This document shows positions 60,234 through 64,000 of a stretch of DNA of 64,000 bases, piece after piece (within the stretch, counting starts at the first letter, position 1; each line of letters begins with the position of its first letter). Origin of the DNA: Octopus bimaculoides (lineage: Eukaryota); the NCBI RefSeq assembly GCF_001194135.2, contig NC_068995.1, positions 41,149,296 to 41,213,295 on the forward strand. The letters run 5' to 3'. Under the pieces are notes generated by a model. The model saw only the letters and a list, made by a program, of their open reading frames with translations, made no database searches and was not told the origin of the DNA. The position numbers were made by a program, and so were the translations under genes.

Positions 60234-61265
60234 CGCAACACCAACACTAATGAGGTGACTATGCAGCTTGCAAGACTAAGATCCTTTATGACTGAGTAGG
60301 GCACAGTTGAGGGTCAGCTGGCTTAATGCTAGGAGGGAAGGGTCCAGAACAGAATAAGTACCTTGCTATTGGAGTGCTCCATGGCTACTCGTATTCTAGA
60401 AGAGAGGGTGGGAGGGACTGGTGTAGAGCTGGAAAGAGGTAGTGGTGGTGAAGCATCAAGGGAGACATGCACACATGTGGCACATTTTTATTTTGGCCCA
60501 AGGGCTACATAAGTAAAATTGAATGTATTTCTGTTGTTCATACTTTACCTCAAGTCATTAAACAAAATAAACGAATTTGGTTTGAATCAAGAATCGGAAC
60601 TTGGTCAAACATTCTCCAAGAACTGGATTCTTTCTACATTCTGATCACAGCCGATAATTCTTGTATTTCCCATGAAACCAGGTATTCATGTGGTTGATAT
60701 TGTTTCCACGAAATATATCACGTAATTTTATATTTAACAATCTGTTTGTCTGCATGGCTATTATTCTATGGATAAGCTTTGGATATATTTTATTTACCTT
60801 ACGATGTTTCATTTTAAATATTTTTCTTCATTTGCTCTATAGACTGTTTATATGTGTGCATATGTATGAAAATCAGAGTCTAAGCTTTTAATATAAACGA
60901 CATTATACATATATATGTGTGTATATATGGTATAAATGTATGTGTATTAGTCAATGCCTAGCTTGCGATGTATTACCGTTATACATGTATATATGAAATA
61001 AATGCATGTGTAAATGTATATATATATGTGTGTATATATAAATGTATATATTTGTGAATGTATATATATATCAATGGATGAGCTTTTAATGTAAATACCA
61101 TAATGCATCCAGCTGTAGAAACCATGTCAAAACAGAAAATAGCGCTTGGTACATTTCTCAGGCTTGCTAGCTCTCGTCAAACCATCTGACCCATGCCAGC
61201 ATGAAGAATGAATGTTAAGTGATGATGATGTATATATATGTGTGTGTGTGTGTGTGTGTATACTC

Positions 61266-61455
61266 TCTCTCTTTTACTCTTTTACTTGTTTGTCATTTGA
61301 CTGCGGCCATGCTGGAGCATCGCCTTTAGTCGAGAAAATCGCCCCCCCAGGACTTATTCTTTGTAAGCCTAGTACTTATTCTATCGGTCTTTTTTGCCGA
61401 ACCACTAAGTTACGGGGATGTAAACACACCAGTATTGGTTGTCAAGAAATGGTGG

Positions 61456-61525
<70 letters not shown>

Positions 61526-61683
61526 GACGGGCTTCTTTCAGTTTCCATCTACCAAATCCACTCACAAGGTTTTGGTCAGCCTGAGGCTATAGTAGAAGAC
61601 ACTTGCCCAAGGTGCCACAGTTGGACTGAACCCGGAACCATTTGGTTGGTAAGCAAGCTACTTACCACACAGCCACTCCTCTG
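61266..61683 (-). mobile_element. SINE family D, full length
   Basis: Complete reverse-complement copy with (CA)n(TA)n(CA)n core. Confidence 0.88.
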
Positions 61684-61686
61684 CAC

Positions 61687-61773
<87 letters not shown>

Positions 61774-62111
61774 ATTGTTAATCGGAAATCTGCAATGGCT
61801 CCATAACTACCGTTTTGGCTTGGAACCCTAGTAATCCATTACAGCACTTATCTAGCGTGCCTAATCGTTTAGATCACCTGTAAACTATAACCACACCCCA
61901 TACTTTGTGTATATATATACACACACACATATATAGGTATTGTAGATAGATAATTTATTTGGGTGAAGATGTAAACCATTACACTTGAAGTTTCCAAACA
62001 TTAATGTCTTGGTTTACATAAAGAAACTCGGCAACCAACTGCTTTGATCAAATAAATTTTTTGTATGCAACTATTTGCATTGAGAACTTGTTCTCCTGTT
62101 CATTTCTACCA

Positions 62112-62189
<78 letters not shown>

Positions 62190-62539
62190 CATTCAGTCTA
62201 CTCTGTAGAATGGTTGGTGTTAGGAAGGGCATCCAGCCATAAAAACCATGTCAAAACAATGAAGCATGGTGCAGTCTTTTGTCTAGCCATCCCTCTCAAA
62301 CAGTCCAAGCCATGCCAGCATGGAAAGCAGACATTAAATGATGATGATAATGGTGTGTGTGTGTGGGTTACAGATCTATATTATAAATACAAATATATCC
62401 AGTTTGGCGTCCTTTATTTTCTTCTTTCCTCTGATGCTTTCGTATTTCGTTTTAAATCTTTCAAAATATCATTTTACTTATTTAGGTTTTTTTTTTTTTA
62501 TATATAAATTTACACTAATTTGAATTTGTCTTTTTGTAG

Positions 62540-62593
62540 GAAGAGCGTCAAAGAAAACATGAAGAGAAGTTAGCTAAGGAAGCTGCAGTAGAA
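62540..62593 (+). CDS. SCAPER: SCAPER 54-nt exon: EERQRKHEEKLAKEAAVE
   Basis: tttttgtag| acceptor and |gtaagt donor, phases 0/0. Matches EERQRRQEEKQARDEAVQ. Confidence 0.92.
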
Positions 62594-63337
62594 GTAAGTA
62601 AATCTTGGTCAGCGCCATCATCATCATCTTCATCATCATAACTGATTCATTTTCATAACTGATTCATTTACCATTGTTTGGAGTTGTGCCTGGAAAAACC
62701 AAAGTCATTATACCGAGGCATCAAAACCATGGCGTAAAAAGGATGCTGTCGTTACACTAAATCTTTGTACTTTTGTCATAGGAATTTTTGCTTACACCCT
62801 TCTCATGTACCAATTCTTGTTTGCCTTCCTCTCATGTCTATATTTCTCAAATGAAGCAGTCTCTGTTATCACTCTTCTCATGTGGCAATTTCTGCCTGCG
62901 CTTTTCACATTTAGCTGTCTCTGTTTGCCTCCTTGTCAAGTGGCAACTCTTACTGGAGTGATCATTCTTGGAGTTGCATCATCTAGCAGTCCTTCTCCTA
63001 AATGTGACCCTGTCATGTCGCACTTCTTGTTTCCAGGTTTCTCAAGTTGCTGTTCTCACATGTAGCAAGTTTAGCTACAACTTGCTCCTGCCACAGTATT
63101 GTCATGTTGTAAACCATGTCACTGATATTTAACCAGAACCCCTGCTTTGTTGCTGTAGTTGCTACCATCTCCCTTTTAGCTGCCCTGCCTTCTTCATACA
63201 TGTTCAGTTGTGATGTGAATGTAGATTCATGATATCAAGGACCAACATTCACATTTCAACGGAACCATTGTTTCGCTTCATCATATGTTGATGCTGAAAA
63301 ACCAGGTCCTGATTCCCTGTTTATGTCCTTTTGACAG

Positions 63338-63480
63338 GAACGACGGAAAGCTCTGGAAGCTGATCGTAAGAAGCGTCTCCATGAGATGCAGGAAAAGAGG
63401 AAGCAACGTGATGCCAGGGTTATCCAACAACTGCAAGAAAAAGAAAAGGAACGACTGGAGGTTCTACGGGCCAAAGAGCG
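63338..63480 (+). CDS. SCAPER: SCAPER exon: ERRKALEADRKKRLHEMQEKRKQRDARVIQQLQEKEKERLEVLRAKE(R); gene continues beyond the window
   Basis: ttgacag| acceptor and |gtgagt donor (phase 2). Matches ERKRALEAERQAR...QQRQEKEKAR. No stop reached. Confidence 0.93.
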
Positions 63481-63841
63481 GTGAGTGCTGTTGTCTTATT
63501 TTGATTTTTGTCAGTTGTTGATCCATGAGACTTTTGAAAATAATATCTACAACATAGAAAGGCGGAGAAGTCAGTTGCTTCACCATGTGGCTTCAAGTTC
63601 AGTCCCACAAACATACAGTTACACTTCACTAATGTACATACATATATATACATACATAAATGATATATGTTGGTGATATGCTTCTTTCAGTTTCTGTCTA
63701 CCAAATCCATTCACAAGGCTTTGGTTGACCCAGGGCTATAGTAGAAGACACTTGTCCAAGTTGCTATGCAGTGGGACTGAACCGACATCCATGTAGATGG
63801 GAAGCGGAAATGTTAACGACACAACTATCTCCTCCTATCAC

Positions 63842-63899
<58 letters not shown>

Positions 63900-64000
63900 G
63901 TACACTACAGATGTTTAGTTGTGTCTCTGAAGCCAAGATATTTTCCTCCAGTTCTTCAGTTTTGGATTCCTGGGAGGTTAGGAAGCAGGCTTTTTCAGAG

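Overview
AT-rich, microsatellite-dense animal genomic DNA with 11 N-gaps. The tRNA-derived SINE families and simple repeats look like an octopus (coleoid cephalopod) scaffold; this is inferred from repeat content and not verified. The main gene is the 5' half of a SCAPER orthologue (S-phase cyclin A-associated protein in the ER) on the + strand. Twelve exons between 28916 and 63480 are recognised by protein similarity and GT-AG boundaries. A probable first coding exon at 16000-16311 splices in frame onto them. One exon is missing (phase break, probably inside the gap at 41354-42305), and the gene continues past the window end. The rest is introns and intergenic DNA containing at least five SINE-like families, relics of RLE-type and RTE-type LINEs, a Chapaev3-like and a mariner transposase relic, a non-autonomous Helitron, hAT- and piggyBac-like MITEs, and two foldback elements carrying telomere-like repeats. 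The most unusual observations are a U6 snRNA copy fused at its 3' oligo-T to a retroposon 3' module, a SINE flanked by a ~100-bp target-site-like duplication, and a local duplication-plus-inversion inside a SCAPER intron. No prokaryotic features, CRISPR arrays, rRNA or intact tRNA genes were seen. Repeat coordinates are approximate unless a TSD or TIR is quoted.
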